DNA of 42,031 nucleotides from a virus: the IMG/VR virus record IMGVR_UViG_3300045988_162879. The stretch is one strand, 5' to 3'. Below, piece after piece: positions 7,959-17,665 of this stretch. Position numbers and translations under genes: made by a program. Position 1 is the first letter of the stretch. Every line of letters starts with the position of its first letter. The notes under the pieces are model-generated. The model was given only the letters and a program-made list of their open reading frames with translations, made no database searches and was not told where the DNA came from.

Positions 7959-8406
7959 TTATATTCACCTCCGTATCAATTTCAACATCTTCATCTGCCG
8001 TAACAACCGTAAATTTTGCAAAAACGCTTTTATTTTTTACAGAAATATCAAAATCGGTAACATCTTCAATTCGGTCATCCATTGTTAAAGCTTCTTTTAT
8101 TCTACTCGGCAAGACTGCACATATATAATCGACATCTTGACCGATCAAATCTTGAAACTCAAAACCGTAGTTAGTGCTGAAAATTTCACTATTATACCTT
8201 TGAGTATTTAACATACAGAACACAGCCTGTCTTATAGCACTTTCGGTATTTTCCTCGTCAATTTTACCGCTAAAGCGTTTTACATCAGTATTCATTTTGA
8301 ATGTGCGATTAGGATAAGACAATACAGTAACATCATTGTCAATCTCATCATCTTCTGATTCGCCAATAATATCATCGTCATAATTGTAATCATTTGATAA
8401 TGCCAT
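7951..8406 (-). CDS. Baseplate wedge protein, gp25/GpW-like (XkdS-like)
   Basis: AIRQAVFCMLNTQRYNSEIFSTNYGFEFQDLIG. RBS is AGGAGG. Confidence 0.65.
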   Translation of the reverse strand: MALSNDYNYDDDIIGESEDDEIDNDVTVLSYPNRTFKMNTDVKRFSGKIDEENTESAIRQAVFCMLNTQRYNSEIFSTNYGFEFQDLIGQDVDYICAVLPSRIKEALTMDDRIEDVTDFDISVKNKSVFAKFTVVTADEDVEIDTEVNINV

Positions 8407-8416
8407 TTTTAACCTC

Positions 8417-8683
8417 CTAATCTAAAACATCCAAAACAAGATATTTACCGCCACCCTGCTGACGGAGTAAAACTACTCTTGTTTCTGTTTTTTTAATATT
8501 ATCTCGTGCTGTTTTGGTTACATACAAAAAACTCTCATCAACTGTAATTTTTTGGCCGAGCGATATTTTTAAAGGGCTGACACTCTTAACTCTTCCGAGC
8601 TTAATTATGCACGGTTTAGAAGCATCCACAGCCTCTATCGCTGCTCTTTTCATCAGCTGAACAATATTAGAGTTACTTGCCAT
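8417..8683 (-). CDS. XkdR-like small baseplate/spike protein (DUF2577-type)
   Basis: Start moved to MASNSN (ATG 8683) after GGGAGGTG. Size and position match the PBSX gene order. Confidence 0.5.
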   Translation of the reverse strand: MASNSNIVQLMKRAAIEAVDASKPCIIKLGRVKSVSPLKISLGQKITVDESFLYVTKTARDNIKKTETRVVLLRQQGGGKYLVLDVLD

Positions 8684-10394
8684 TAAAACCACCTCCCGAA
8701 AGTATAAGGTCCATTGTATGTTTGCCGTTTTCGAACTTGTGAGTTACTTTTTCAACAAGTAAATAACTGCTTATTTTACAGTTAGGTAAATTCATAATAA
8801 CAGGCACCATTGAGCCGGCTCTCACCTGTCTGTCGCCAATTACATCTTTAACGGTAAGGCTTTTGGTTTTAGCGTTATACATTTTCATATATGCTTCTGC
8901 CTTTAATTTTGCAACTTTGATGTTATCGACCTTTTCATACAGTTGCAGTACGCCCCATTGATTTATACTTTTTGATGATTGACAAACAATAGTATGATAG
9001 GTTGTTTTCTTATCATCTTTGTTTGTTTTTTCATAAACGATTTTCACTCGATTATAGGTATTGCTGTCAATCGAGGTTTCAAGTGAATAATCCTGCGCCG
9101 TTTCAACATCAACTACGCAACTATTCCTTTTCATATTGCTTATGTTCTTCAATGTCAATTTACCACAATTATCATAAAGCACATATATTTGACTTTTTTC
9201 GAGCATAGTGTTATCGAGAGCATCCTGAATAATATCAAAGCACTCCGAACCCTCTTCAATAGCAGACATTTTATATTTTGTATCTGCTATTGAGCCGTAT
9301 TTCAAATTCATTCGCTTAGCCACCGTTTTAATGACCTGCGATGCCGTTTTCTTTTTGTATATAAGGAAGTCCTTATTTTTCAGATAACGCAGTTGGTCAT
9401 AAGCAACATAGCTGTATATGCGGTCTTTTGAGATTTTCTTTGTAAAAACATATCCTACAAACATTGTTTTCGGGTCAGTTCCGTCACTTTTGCAAAGAGA
9501 AACAATAATACAGTCGCCCTCTTGAATGTTATATTTGTGGTTATCGTCATAAACAATCTCAAAATTAAATTGCCCCGGTGTGCCTTTTCTTTCCCAAGTA
9601 ATTTTAGCGCCCTCTTTAACAGGAACATACCTATCAATATATGAGCCTTGGGTAGTAGTAAAATGCCGCCAAACGGTTTGAACATATGTACGGTTTTGCT
9701 TATTAGTATCAGTAATGGTGACGTTCTTAACTGCCGTTGATACTTTGGTTTTATTTTTCAGTATTTTTTTTAAATACTTAATTTCTTCTGCCGAAGTATC
9801 TTTTGTTGTTGAGCTTTGATTATTTTTCGTACCGCTGCTTGCAGCAGTACCGCCGCCTGTTATGCTTCCATTGCTCGTAGAACTACCATTCTTATTGGAC
9901 TTTATATTAGGTATCGAGTTGCCTAATTTGCTTTGATTTTTTGGGCGAAGAATACCGTTAATAGTATTCTTGTTATACGGAATACCCATACGGATAGACA
10001 TTTTATCGTGCTTGCCTGTTCCATTTTGGTCGTAATAAGTGAAACGACCGTTTGAATTGCCACCTGCAATAATAAAGATATGACCGTTTCCGCCACCGCC
10101 TGATGTTTTAACACCTATGTCACCTTTTTGGACTTCATTATCCTTTTTATAAGTTGGAGTTATAAAATCAAAATTACTTTTCAGCCAATTTGAAGTGTTG
10201 CGATTAGTCCACCACTCTTTAGCATTTCCTTTAAAGCCTGCGCTTTTACCTGTGATACATTTTTCGATATACAGCAAAATCAAATCGACACATTGAACGC
10301 CGTAAGCCCTGTCATAATCAGTTGCTTTGCCAAGAAATGTAGAAACAAAGGTATCAAAATTCATTGTCTGTCCGAATAGTCCTGTATTCGCCAT
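8673..10394 (-). CDS. Baseplate hub (XkdQ-like) with an N-terminal CHAP peptidoglycan hydrolase domain
   Basis: The N-terminus has YGVQCVDLILLYIEKC (catalytic Cys) and GGGGNGHIFIIAGG (His), then an S/T/G-rich linker. The C-terminal ~350 aa sits in the hub position between the LysM protein and XkdR-like gene. Confidence 0.7.
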   Translation of the reverse strand: MANTGLFGQTMNFDTFVSTFLGKATDYDRAYGVQCVDLILLYIEKCITGKSAGFKGNAKEWWTNRNTSNWLKSNFDFITPTYKKDNEVQKGDIGVKTSGGGGNGHIFIIAGGNSNGRFTYYDQNGTGKHDKMSIRMGIPYNKNTINGILRPKNQSKLGNSIPNIKSNKNGSSTSNGSITGGGTAASSGTKNNQSSTTKDTSAEEIKYLKKILKNKTKVSTAVKNVTITDTNKQNRTYVQTVWRHFTTTQGSYIDRYVPVKEGAKITWERKGTPGQFNFEIVYDDNHKYNIQEGDCIIVSLCKSDGTDPKTMFVGYVFTKKISKDRIYSYVAYDQLRYLKNKDFLIYKKKTASQVIKTVAKRMNLKYGSIADTKYKMSAIEEGSECFDIIQDALDNTMLEKSQIYVLYDNCGKLTLKNISNMKRNSCVVDVETAQDYSLETSIDSNTYNRVKIVYEKTNKDDKKTTYHTIVCQSSKSINQWGVLQLYEKVDNIKVAKLKAEAYMKMYNAKTKSLTVKDVIGDRQVRAGSMVPVIMNLPNCKISSYLLVEKVTHKFENGKHTMDLILSGGGFNGK

Positions 10395-10400
10395 AATAGA

Positions 10401-11084
10401 TTATCTCCTTTTCTTCTTGGTTGTCTTTTTGAGCTTAAGCGTTTGACCGGGAAGCAATTTTGCTTTTTTCCTATCCTTATTGGTTTTCAGCTTTTTAAGT
10501 AGCTTCTTTTTGGAATTTTTAACAGTCTTTTTATTAAGATTGTAAATTGTTTTCCATTTTGCTGTATCGCCGAAATACTTTTTTGCAAGGCTTGAAAGTG
10601 TATCATTCTTTTTGGTCTTAACCGTTTTAGGCGGCTTGGCCGTTAGCCTTTTAGCGCCCCAAGTTTTATACTCTTTGAGTGTCAAATTTATTGATACATC
10701 AGTACCAAGGTCTTTAGCATCCTCGGTTACCTCGATATTTTCAACAGTAACCTTATAGCTTTTGCTTTCGTAATTGCTATCAGTAGCACCGTTAGGCGAT
10801 TTTCTTGTAATCGTAAAAGCAACAACCTTTTTAGCCGTTTGATACGCCCTAAGCTGTTCAACATAAGCTTCAGGTGTGCCTGATTTACCAACAGCCGCAA
10901 AAGGATAGTTATATCGTGGCAATATAAGGTCACTAATGTTAAACTCTATTAAACTCGGCGATTTACAGTAAGAAACTTCACCCTCGTTAATAAGGGTGAC
11001 AGTTTCATTATTACTTTTCATTGTTTGAGTTATTTTGCTTGGTGTAATCGGAAAAACAAATTCATCAAGTTGCATTAAATACAT
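10401..11084 (-). CDS. LysM-domain tail protein (XkdP-like)
   Basis: Start moved to MYLMQLDEF (ATG 11084), 11 nt after GGAGG, just past the tape-measure stop. The LysM-like region is DTLSSLAKKYFGDTAKWKTIYNLN...LLPGQTLKL, followed by a Lys-rich tail. Confidence 0.65.
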   Translation of the reverse strand: MYLMQLDEFVFPITPSKITQTMKSNNETVTLINEGEVSYCKSPSLIEFNISDLILPRYNYPFAAVGKSGTPEAYVEQLRAYQTAKKVVAFTITRKSPNGATDSNYESKSYKVTVENIEVTEDAKDLGTDVSINLTLKEYKTWGAKRLTAKPPKTVKTKKNDTLSSLAKKYFGDTAKWKTIYNLNKKTVKNSKKKLLKKLKTNKDRKKAKLLPGQTLKLKKTTKKKRR

Positions 11085-11085
11085 T

Positions 11086-13323
11086 TTAGTGATTACCTCC
11101 GGCATTAGAGTTAAGACCCTGCTCAATCGTACTTCTCAAATGCTCTGTCACATCGTCAATATCAAGGTCGTTACTTATGTTGTTATGATTTATCATTTCT
11201 ACATTAACAGAGTTAGTATAGCGATTTATAATCTGTTCTTCTGCCATATCCTTTAAGTATTCAATGTTTTCGCTTGTAGCGGCCACCGAATCGCTTATAC
11301 TTGATGCGCTGTCTGCCGTAGAAGCAGTTGAATTTGAAATTTTATTAAGCAAATCAGCTAAATCTTTATTGTTTGTATCAACAACAAGTTTAGATTTCAT
11401 TTTATTAGCAAATGCTAAACCTTTGCCATAAGCATCTTTATAGCTTTTTCGATTGATACCTTTAGGCGCAAAATCAAATTTTTTAGTATAGTATTCATTT
11501 CCACCAATCTTTTCAAAAGATGCCCTTGCAGTGTCAAGTTTCGCAGTAACATTTTGACCTGTAATATCGTCCCAAATTCTTGTAAATGCCTGTGCAAAGC
11601 TTACTAAACCTCCAAGCATTTTTGCTAATAGATTAGTAAAAGCATCCTGCGTACTGTTAAAACCACCTGTAAATATGTTATAAACCCAATTCATAACATC
11701 CTCTATCGGCTTAACAAAAAGCGTATACAGCAATTGAATAATACCGTTTAAAATTCCTATAATGAAATTATAAATGCCTGCGCCGACGACAAAGACCGAG
11801 CCAGCCAAATTCTGCAAACCTGTTGTAGTTTCGGTTTTAAAACCGTTAAAACTTGCCACAAGAGCTGTAATTATTGCAATTATCAACATTATTGCTCCTA
11901 CTACAATAAGAGCAGGACATGCAAGCATTGCTGTGTTCAAACTAAATTGTGCACTTGCAGCAGCTTCTGTTGCTGCGGCATCAGCTGTTTTTGCGGCGGC
12001 ATCTGTTGTTGTAGCGCCTGCACCTTTTATCATATTTTTTATATTTCTCTGTGTTTCTTTATTATGCCATGCTTGAACAGATGCTTGGATAGTTGTTACC
12101 GCCGAATGAATTGCGGTTAAACCATTTATTGCGGCAATTGCCCCTTTATATAAACCGAATACGGTTAGTCCTGCCACAAACAAAGGAATGATTGCTCCCA
12201 TACTTCCACTGATTTTTTCTGTAAAACTATCGAAAGATTGAAAAGCAGGACCGACCATGGTAACTATATTACCTGCTAAAGTACCCAAATTACCAAGCGT
12301 TGTTTCTGTAGTTTTACCAAAATCAGCAACAATAGTTTTAAGGTCCTTACCAAATACGCTTTCAACAGCCGTATCTACTTCGGTTATAAAATTTTGAAGT
12401 CCTCTTGTAATCGCCGCTTTCGCATTATCAAATGTAGCACTCCAAGTTGTAGCTGCTCCTTTTGCCGACCCTGCTATTTTCAACACACCGTTAGTACCCT
12501 CTTCAAAAGCCGTAGAAACAGTTGTAATAAAGTTTTGCGAACTGATAGTACCTTTGCTCAAAGCATTTTGAACAGCACTCGCACTTTGACCTGTAGCCTG
12601 AGCATAAATACCGACAGCGTTAATACCTACATCAGTCAATCGATCCAGCTGTTCCATTTCAACTGTGCCTTTTGACATCATCTTACCAAGCGCATCAGTA
12701 ACGGTACCTAAAGCCTCGTTAGTTCCGGGTCCGTAAAATGAAACAGCATCAAGCCACTTAGTAACTTCGCTTGTAGCATTTCCGATATCCATACCCCTTG
12801 TAACAAAGTTTTGGACAGCGCTCGCAGCAGTATCAAGACCATACGCAGTTCCTGTTACAGAATCTTTAATTCCGTTTAGTGATGCTTTTGCCATTTGAGC
12901 ACTACCTGTAATGGCAGTCATTGTCCTGTTATAATTAGTCATAGTATCCATACGCTTAAATGCGCTGTCTAATTGCCCTGTTACAACATTGCTCATTGTT
13001 TGAACAACACTTAGTCCACCTATAACGGAGAGAAGTTTTGATACCGATAATTTAGCAGTATTAAAGCCATTACTCATTTGTGCCGTAGAACGCTGAACTG
13101 AATTTCCTGCCGTAACCACTGTGGAATTTATTTTGTTAATTTCATTATTGCACATATTTATCGCCCTTTGCGCCTTATTAACAGCAGTAGTATCAAAACC
13201 TTTAACAGTAGCCGTATTGACTGAATGCAAGGCATCAACAGTGCACTGCAAAGCAGAAGTGATATTACGCAACGGTGCTGTCATTCTGTCAGCAATAGTT
13301 AGTGTAGTTGTTATAGTTGCCAT
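11086..13323 (-). CDS. Tail tape measure protein
   Basis: 745 aa, A/G/T-rich with internal hydrophobic segments. It lies immediately after the chaperone frameshift pair. Confidence 0.85.
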   Translation of the reverse strand: MATITTTLTIADRMTAPLRNITSALQCTVDALHSVNTATVKGFDTTAVNKAQRAINMCNNEINKINSTVVTAGNSVQRSTAQMSNGFNTAKLSVSKLLSVIGGLSVVQTMSNVVTGQLDSAFKRMDTMTNYNRTMTAITGSAQMAKASLNGIKDSVTGTAYGLDTAASAVQNFVTRGMDIGNATSEVTKWLDAVSFYGPGTNEALGTVTDALGKMMSKGTVEMEQLDRLTDVGINAVGIYAQATGQSASAVQNALSKGTISSQNFITTVSTAFEEGTNGVLKIAGSAKGAATTWSATFDNAKAAITRGLQNFITEVDTAVESVFGKDLKTIVADFGKTTETTLGNLGTLAGNIVTMVGPAFQSFDSFTEKISGSMGAIIPLFVAGLTVFGLYKGAIAAINGLTAIHSAVTTIQASVQAWHNKETQRNIKNMIKGAGATTTDAAAKTADAAATEAAASAQFSLNTAMLACPALIVVGAIMLIIAIITALVASFNGFKTETTTGLQNLAGSVFVVGAGIYNFIIGILNGIIQLLYTLFVKPIEDVMNWVYNIFTGGFNSTQDAFTNLLAKMLGGLVSFAQAFTRIWDDITGQNVTAKLDTARASFEKIGGNEYYTKKFDFAPKGINRKSYKDAYGKGLAFANKMKSKLVVDTNNKDLADLLNKISNSTASTADSASSISDSVAATSENIEYLKDMAEEQIINRYTNSVNVEMINHNNISNDLDIDDVTEHLRSTIEQGLNSNAGGNH

Positions 13324-13336
13324 TTTATCAGTCCTT

Positions 13337-13510
13337 TCATTTTAAATCTTTTCGAGCCTTGTCCTCAGCCTCTACTCTTAAATCAATAGAAGCTATAATA
13401 AAGGCTCTTTCTTTTTGCGGTAAATTCGCAAAAATCGAGGGCAATATTCGTAATTTTTGGAGGGCGTAGTGCGCATAAGCCGCATCTCCGTCCTCTTGAA
13501 TTAGTTTTTT
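13337..13510 (-). CDS. -1 frameshift extension of the tail assembly chaperone (G/GT-like long form, about 197 aa in total)
   Basis: The slippery heptamer A_AAA_AAC lies at 13510..13504 in the zero frame, one codon before the TAA. The -1 frame stays open for 55 more codons (LIQEDGDAAYAHYALQKLRILPSIFANLPQKERAFIIASIDLRVEAEDKARKDLK) and stops at 13339..13337, 13 nt before the tape-measure ATG. Confidence 0.7.
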   Translation of the reverse strand, partial: KKLIQEDGDAAYAHYALQKLRILPSIFANLPQKERAFIIASIDLRVEAEDKARKDLK

Positions 13511-13929
13511 GCCTTTTCGACATCATCGTTAATGTCGGTAAAGCCGTTGAGCTCTGTCACGAAAACAAGAAACTGTGAATACTCGCCGGGGTTATCAATC
13601 ATTTCAACGATAAGAGCTTCAGGTGTTTTTACACCGTAGCTGTCTTGAAGTTCAGCATCATTAAGATTTGGTTCAACAACCGACTTTGCAATAAGAGAAG
13701 CATTATATTTAGCAACATCAAGCTGTTGCTTAAACTGATTAGGTTTGCCAAGAATAGGTACATCCTTTGTGTACTTATCCCTCATAGCCTCAGCTTCTTT
13801 AGTAGTAAGAGGTTTAATGGTCCATTCAATCGGGTTACCGTTTTCATCGGTAAATGACTTTGTAGGGACATATTTAACATTTTCCCTTACTGCTTTGTTT
13901 TCTTTAAGAAATCTACTGAATTTTGACAT
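13501..13929 (-). CDS. Tail assembly chaperone (XkdN-like), zero-frame product
   Basis: MSKFSRFLKENK..ENGNPIEWTIKPLTTKEAEAMRDKY. It sits between the tube and tape-measure genes. Confidence 0.75.
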   Translation of the reverse strand: MSKFSRFLKENKAVRENVKYVPTKSFTDENGNPIEWTIKPLTTKEAEAMRDKYTKDVPILGKPNQFKQQLDVAKYNASLIAKSVVEPNLNDAELQDSYGVKTPEALIVEMIDNPGEYSQFLVFVTELNGFTDINDDVEKAKN

Positions 13930-13997
13930 AGTTATTTATCCTTTCGTTTTTAAAAAAAGTAAGGGACTGAATAATCAGCCCCCTATAATTATTTTGC

Positions 13998-14468
13998 TTA
14001 CATTCCTGCAAGCTTGTTGAATTTGTTAGGAATTTCAAAATCCTCAAAAGTGAAGTCCATATCCTCGTCAAGATATTCGCCGTCGGCATCAAATTTTGCA
14101 AGGATGCCGCCATCAATATTACAGTTGATAAGGTTTACGGTCTGTAAGCCTACGCTTGAAGTCGGGTCCTCATTAGTAACCTCAATATCGAAATAAATAT
14201 CTTCGCCTGTTCGCTTATATCTTTCGAGAAGTTCACGGAAAATTGAAGTGTTGTAGTGAAATGTGGCCGAGCCTGAACCTTTCCAACCGGTAGACTTATT
14301 ACCCTTGCCTGTTTTACCCAAAATAGGCACTTCGGTTTTGGTCTTTTCAACCTTAGCCTCAAGCTTAATAGCCTGCATGAAATTGTATCTGTTTCCGTCG
14401 ACAGTAACATAACACTCTGCGAGTTTCGCAGAAACGGTATCTTTTGCATTCATAATACTTTTATTCAT
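13998..14468 (-). CDS. Tail tube protein (XkdM-like)
   Basis: AKLAECYVTVDGNRYNFMQAIKLEAKVEKTKTEVPILGKTGKGNKSTGWKGSGSATFHYN. It lies directly after the sheath gene. Confidence 0.8.
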   Translation of the reverse strand: MNKSIMNAKDTVSAKLAECYVTVDGNRYNFMQAIKLEAKVEKTKTEVPILGKTGKGNKSTGWKGSGSATFHYNTSIFRELLERYKRTGEDIYFDIEVTNEDPTSSVGLQTVNLINCNIDGGILAKFDADGEYLDEDMDFTFEDFEIPNKFNKLAGM

Positions 14469-14488
14469 TGTATCTTATACCTCCCTTT

Positions 14489-15793
14489 TTACTGTACTGT
14501 AACAGTCATATAGAGCTGTTCCATAGCGTTTACAGGTGTAACTGTTTCTGTTACTACAACAGATTTCTTCGTGTCACCCTGCTCAACGATAACTGTATCG
14601 CTGTCAAAGTCCTCAATCGCCCTGATTTGCTCTAATTCCTTGTGATGCTTAACAATATCTTTCCAAAGCGAATTTCTGCCGCCACGGTCATTAGGAATGA
14701 TACCGAGATACCTTGTATTAAACATAACGGCAATATCATTTGCAATTTGGTCGAGCACACGGATAGTTTGATTGGATTTAAAGTCGTTACCCTTTGTATC
14801 GGTAGTTGTAACAAGAGAATTTATGTCAGACAATACGCAAATATTGTCATCGTTCTGTTGAAGCGTAAATTCGCCGTCTTTGATTGCCTGTTCGAGTTGA
14901 GCCTGCGTATAATCTACATTAACGGTATATTCACCGTCATATTTAGTGTTAGTACACGATTTATTAACTGCAACACCTGCAATAAGGCCTGTTACCCAAT
15001 AAACAAGGTCTGCCTTTGTAGCACCGTCTGTAACATCATTTAAAAGGTTAACAACACCCTCATAATCAGCTTTCTTGTTATAAACAACAAGCTGAAATTT
15101 CTTGCCTACCTCATCACGAAGTCTCTTGCAAAAGCTTATGTAAAGCTCTTTTGTGCTGTCGTCCTCAGTTGTAACACCCATTGCGTTAAATGAATACCTC
15201 TCAATTTTATCAAGGTATTTTTGGTGTGATTCACCGTCTGCTGTACCGTTAGTACCACCTGTAAGGGCAGTTTTAGCTGTCACAATAAGTTCAGCTGATG
15301 AAATGAATGTAACAAAATCATTATCGACAAGTTCACTTGCCTTAGCTACAGTTTGAATATCAACAGTCTTATTATCAAAAACTGTTTTAACATCAAATTT
15401 GCTTTGCTCGTCAACATTCTTCTCAATCACAATAGCAATATCGTTTCCTCTTGTGCCTGTGTATTTTGCTTTTGCAAAGGTACATTCGGCTTGCTTGCCA
15501 CCACCGTTTAACCGGAAGCAATGAAGTTTTATAGCGTTCTTAAAGATTTCACGCACAGGCTTAAGTTCTTCGGCATCAAATGAATAGCCGAAAATAGTTT
15601 TACTATTCTTTTGAAAATCGGCAACAGTAACAGTAAACACCTTATCATCCACACCCCAATTAAGAGGTAATGCCATTGTTGCAATTCCTCTGTCAGATAA
15701 TGAAGCAGATGCGTTTGTTGCAGATATAAAGTTCATATACGCACCCGGTAATGTTTTGTTTTGTGCTGTAAAAGCACCTCCGCCGAAAGCCAT
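14489..15793 (-). CDS. Contractile tail sheath protein (XkdK-like)
   Basis: MAFGGGAFTAQNKTLPGAYMNFISA.., 434 aa, upstream of the tube gene. Confidence 0.85.
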   Translation of the reverse strand: MAFGGGAFTAQNKTLPGAYMNFISATNASASLSDRGIATMALPLNWGVDDKVFTVTVADFQKNSKTIFGYSFDAEELKPVREIFKNAIKLHCFRLNGGGKQAECTFAKAKYTGTRGNDIAIVIEKNVDEQSKFDVKTVFDNKTVDIQTVAKASELVDNDFVTFISSAELIVTAKTALTGGTNGTADGESHQKYLDKIERYSFNAMGVTTEDDSTKELYISFCKRLRDEVGKKFQLVVYNKKADYEGVVNLLNDVTDGATKADLVYWVTGLIAGVAVNKSCTNTKYDGEYTVNVDYTQAQLEQAIKDGEFTLQQNDDNICVLSDINSLVTTTDTKGNDFKSNQTIRVLDQIANDIAVMFNTRYLGIIPNDRGGRNSLWKDIVKHHKELEQIRAIEDFDSDTVIVEQGDTKKSVVVTETVTPVNAMEQLYMTVTVQ

Positions 15794-15794
15794 A

Positions 15795-15959
15795 TTATTT
15801 CACCTTTCCTTTCAAATACTTTTTAATCAGTTCATCTGTTTCTTTAACGGTATAATTTTCACCGTCTATAAGAAGAGCAGTCAATAAATCTCTCTTGTTT
15901 GAAAAAACATCCGAGTTTATCAACTGCTCTTTCGTGTATTTTGTTTCTGTCTTTTTCAT
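15795..15959 (-). CDS. Small hypothetical protein (54 aa, below the ORF-track cutoff)
   Basis: ATG at 15959 lies 5 nt after AGAGGTGA and abuts the upstream stop. The product is MKKTETKYTKEQLINSDVFSNKRDLLTALLIDGENYTVKETDELIKKYLKGKVK. It fills the gap before the sheath ATG exactly. Confidence 0.5.
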   Translation of the reverse strand: MKKTETKYTKEQLINSDVFSNKRDLLTALLIDGENYTVKETDELIKKYLKGKVK

Positions 15960-16388
15960 TTAATCACCTCTGATTTGATTTAATCTTAATTCATTCATTT
16001 CATCTATATTATCACTGACTACCTTTTTAAAGAAATTATAACTTACCTGAAAATTGAGCATATTATCACTCAATGGTTCGCATTGCATTTCCTTACCGAA
16101 AAGCTTATCCGGTCCGTAATCAATGCAATCCAAACAGGTGTACAGCCTGTTGGCTATCTCACTACGCTTTTCTGCGCTCACATCATCAGTCGGTATAAAC
16201 TGAATTGATATACGATTTTCAGAGCGCAAACGATTATTTATATATCTGTTTTGAGCGTTGCGAACATAACTAACGAAAAAGCAGGATTTATTTAAACCCT
16301 GCTTAATTTCATCAATATAGTATTCGTAATCATTGCCGAACTCGTTATATAAAGCGTTACATACGCCGTCAATCAATAAATCAGCCAT
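15960..16388 (-). CDS. Tail completion/terminator candidate (assigned by position only)
   Basis: Start moved to MADLLIDG, giving an ATGGCTGA overlap with the upstream stop. No motif recognised. Confidence 0.35.
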   Translation of the reverse strand: MADLLIDGVCNALYNEFGNDYEYYIDEIKQGLNKSCFFVSYVRNAQNRYINNRLRSENRISIQFIPTDDVSAEKRSEIANRLYTCLDCIDYGPDKLFGKEMQCEPLSDNMLNFQVSYNFFKKVVSDNIDEMNELRLNQIRGD

Positions 16389-16785
16389 TAGTAAACATAT
16401 CTCCAAACTCTTTTTTCATTCTTCTTTCAAGGTAGGTCGGTATAACATTTCTTACCTCATCCTCTGCTGTACTCAACATTTTAAAACCGTCAACAAACTT
16501 GTCACTGTTTTTTATTCTATGTCCGAACTCAACATAATCGGCATACGAAGTATTGTTAGTAACACTTGTCTTAAATGTATCGCCGATTTTTGACATTTCA
16601 AGATTATCAGTTATAGTAAAGCCTCTTCTCAAAGTACCTGTATCAACAGGACTTCGTTTTGCCGCCTTTTTGAATACTTCCGATACAATCCTTATTGAAC
16701 AATCCTTACAAAAATCATCAATACGATTTTGCTCATTTTCAAGATTTCTCATAAGCTCTTCAAAGCCTTTGGTATCGCAGCTCAT
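16381..16785 (-). CDS. HK97 gp10-like head-tail joining protein
   Basis: Start moved to MSCDTKG (AAGGAG RBS, TAATG overlap). The motif is AAKRSPVDTGTLRRGF. Confidence 0.65.
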   Translation of the reverse strand: MSCDTKGFEELMRNLENEQNRIDDFCKDCSIRIVSEVFKKAAKRSPVDTGTLRRGFTITDNLEMSKIGDTFKTSVTNNTSYADYVEFGHRIKNSDKFVDGFKMLSTAEDEVRNVIPTYLERRMKKEFGDMFTNG

Positions 16786-17153
16786 TATGCCCACTCCTTA
16801 AATAATTCAAGTTCAATTTCTTGGTGCGAATCATATATAAACGGTTGCCCTGTGTTTTTGTACTCAGTAGTAACACCGTTTTGAGTAACAACAAGCTTTG
16901 AGCCGGGAGAAATAGAATAATCAGGCGGCAAAAACAGCTTAATTATCTGCGCAACAGCATTAACCGAATCGCTTTGAGCCGTAGGATTTGCCGTTTTAAA
17001 AGACAATCGGCAAGGCACATCTTTATATACAATTTCATCATTAAGCGAAGTAGTATGATTAGCATTAACAGTCTTTTTATGCTCAATCACCGTGCATTTG
17101 CCGATATATGTGCTTTCAATAACTTTTCTTACCATTTGATTTTGCGAAAGCAT
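16785..17153 (-). CDS. Head closure/head-tail adaptor candidate
   Basis: 122 aa at the conserved position. RBS is GGTGAGGGTGA. Confidence 0.45.
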   Translation of the reverse strand: MLSQNQMVRKVIESTYIGKCTVIEHKKTVNANHTTSLNDEIVYKDVPCRLSFKTANPTAQSDSVNAVAQIIKLFLPPDYSISPGSKLVVTQNGVTTEYKNTGQPFIYDSHQEIELELFKEWA

Positions 17154-17650
17154 ATCAATTCACCCTCACCTGTATTAAGTAAAAAAGAAACAATCGCATC
17201 AAAGCGCTGTTCATCAGTCATAGAACCCTCACCTATTGCAAAGGTAACATTTGTATCGCCTGTTTGAACGGATTTTACCGCTGTTTCCAAATCAATAGGT
17301 AAATTATCCGACTGACCTGTTGACTTTACATTATATAAAACGTTTCCGACCGCCCTTTCAATGACGATATGATTAAGTTCTTTTGGTATTGTTGAGATAT
17401 TACAGATATTTTTAATATGGCTTACAACTTCGCTAACAGAAAATGCTATAAGCCACACTTCATTATCGTTTACAGTAATGTTATATCCTAACGATTCCAG
17501 CCTTTTTAAGATAAGCAATATAAACTCATCATCAAAGGCAGAATCCTTAAGAACAGCTAATATAGCTGTAATAAATGAACGAATTGAATCAGATACATCG
17601 GTTGTCAATATGTTGCCGTCATCATCAGTTAAAAAATCGAATAGTGGCAT
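17129..17650 (-). CDS. Head-tail connector/head completion candidate
   Basis: 173 aa, directly after the major capsid gene. No motif recognised. Confidence 0.35.
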   Translation of the reverse strand: MPLFDFLTDDDGNILTTDVSDSIRSFITAILAVLKDSAFDDEFILLILKRLESLGYNITVNDNEVWLIAFSVSEVVSHIKNICNISTIPKELNHIVIERAVGNVLYNVKSTGQSDNLPIDLETAVKSVQTGDTNVTFAIGEGSMTDEQRFDAIVSFLLNTGEGELICFRKIKW

Positions 17651-17665
17651 ATTAACAACCCCCTC

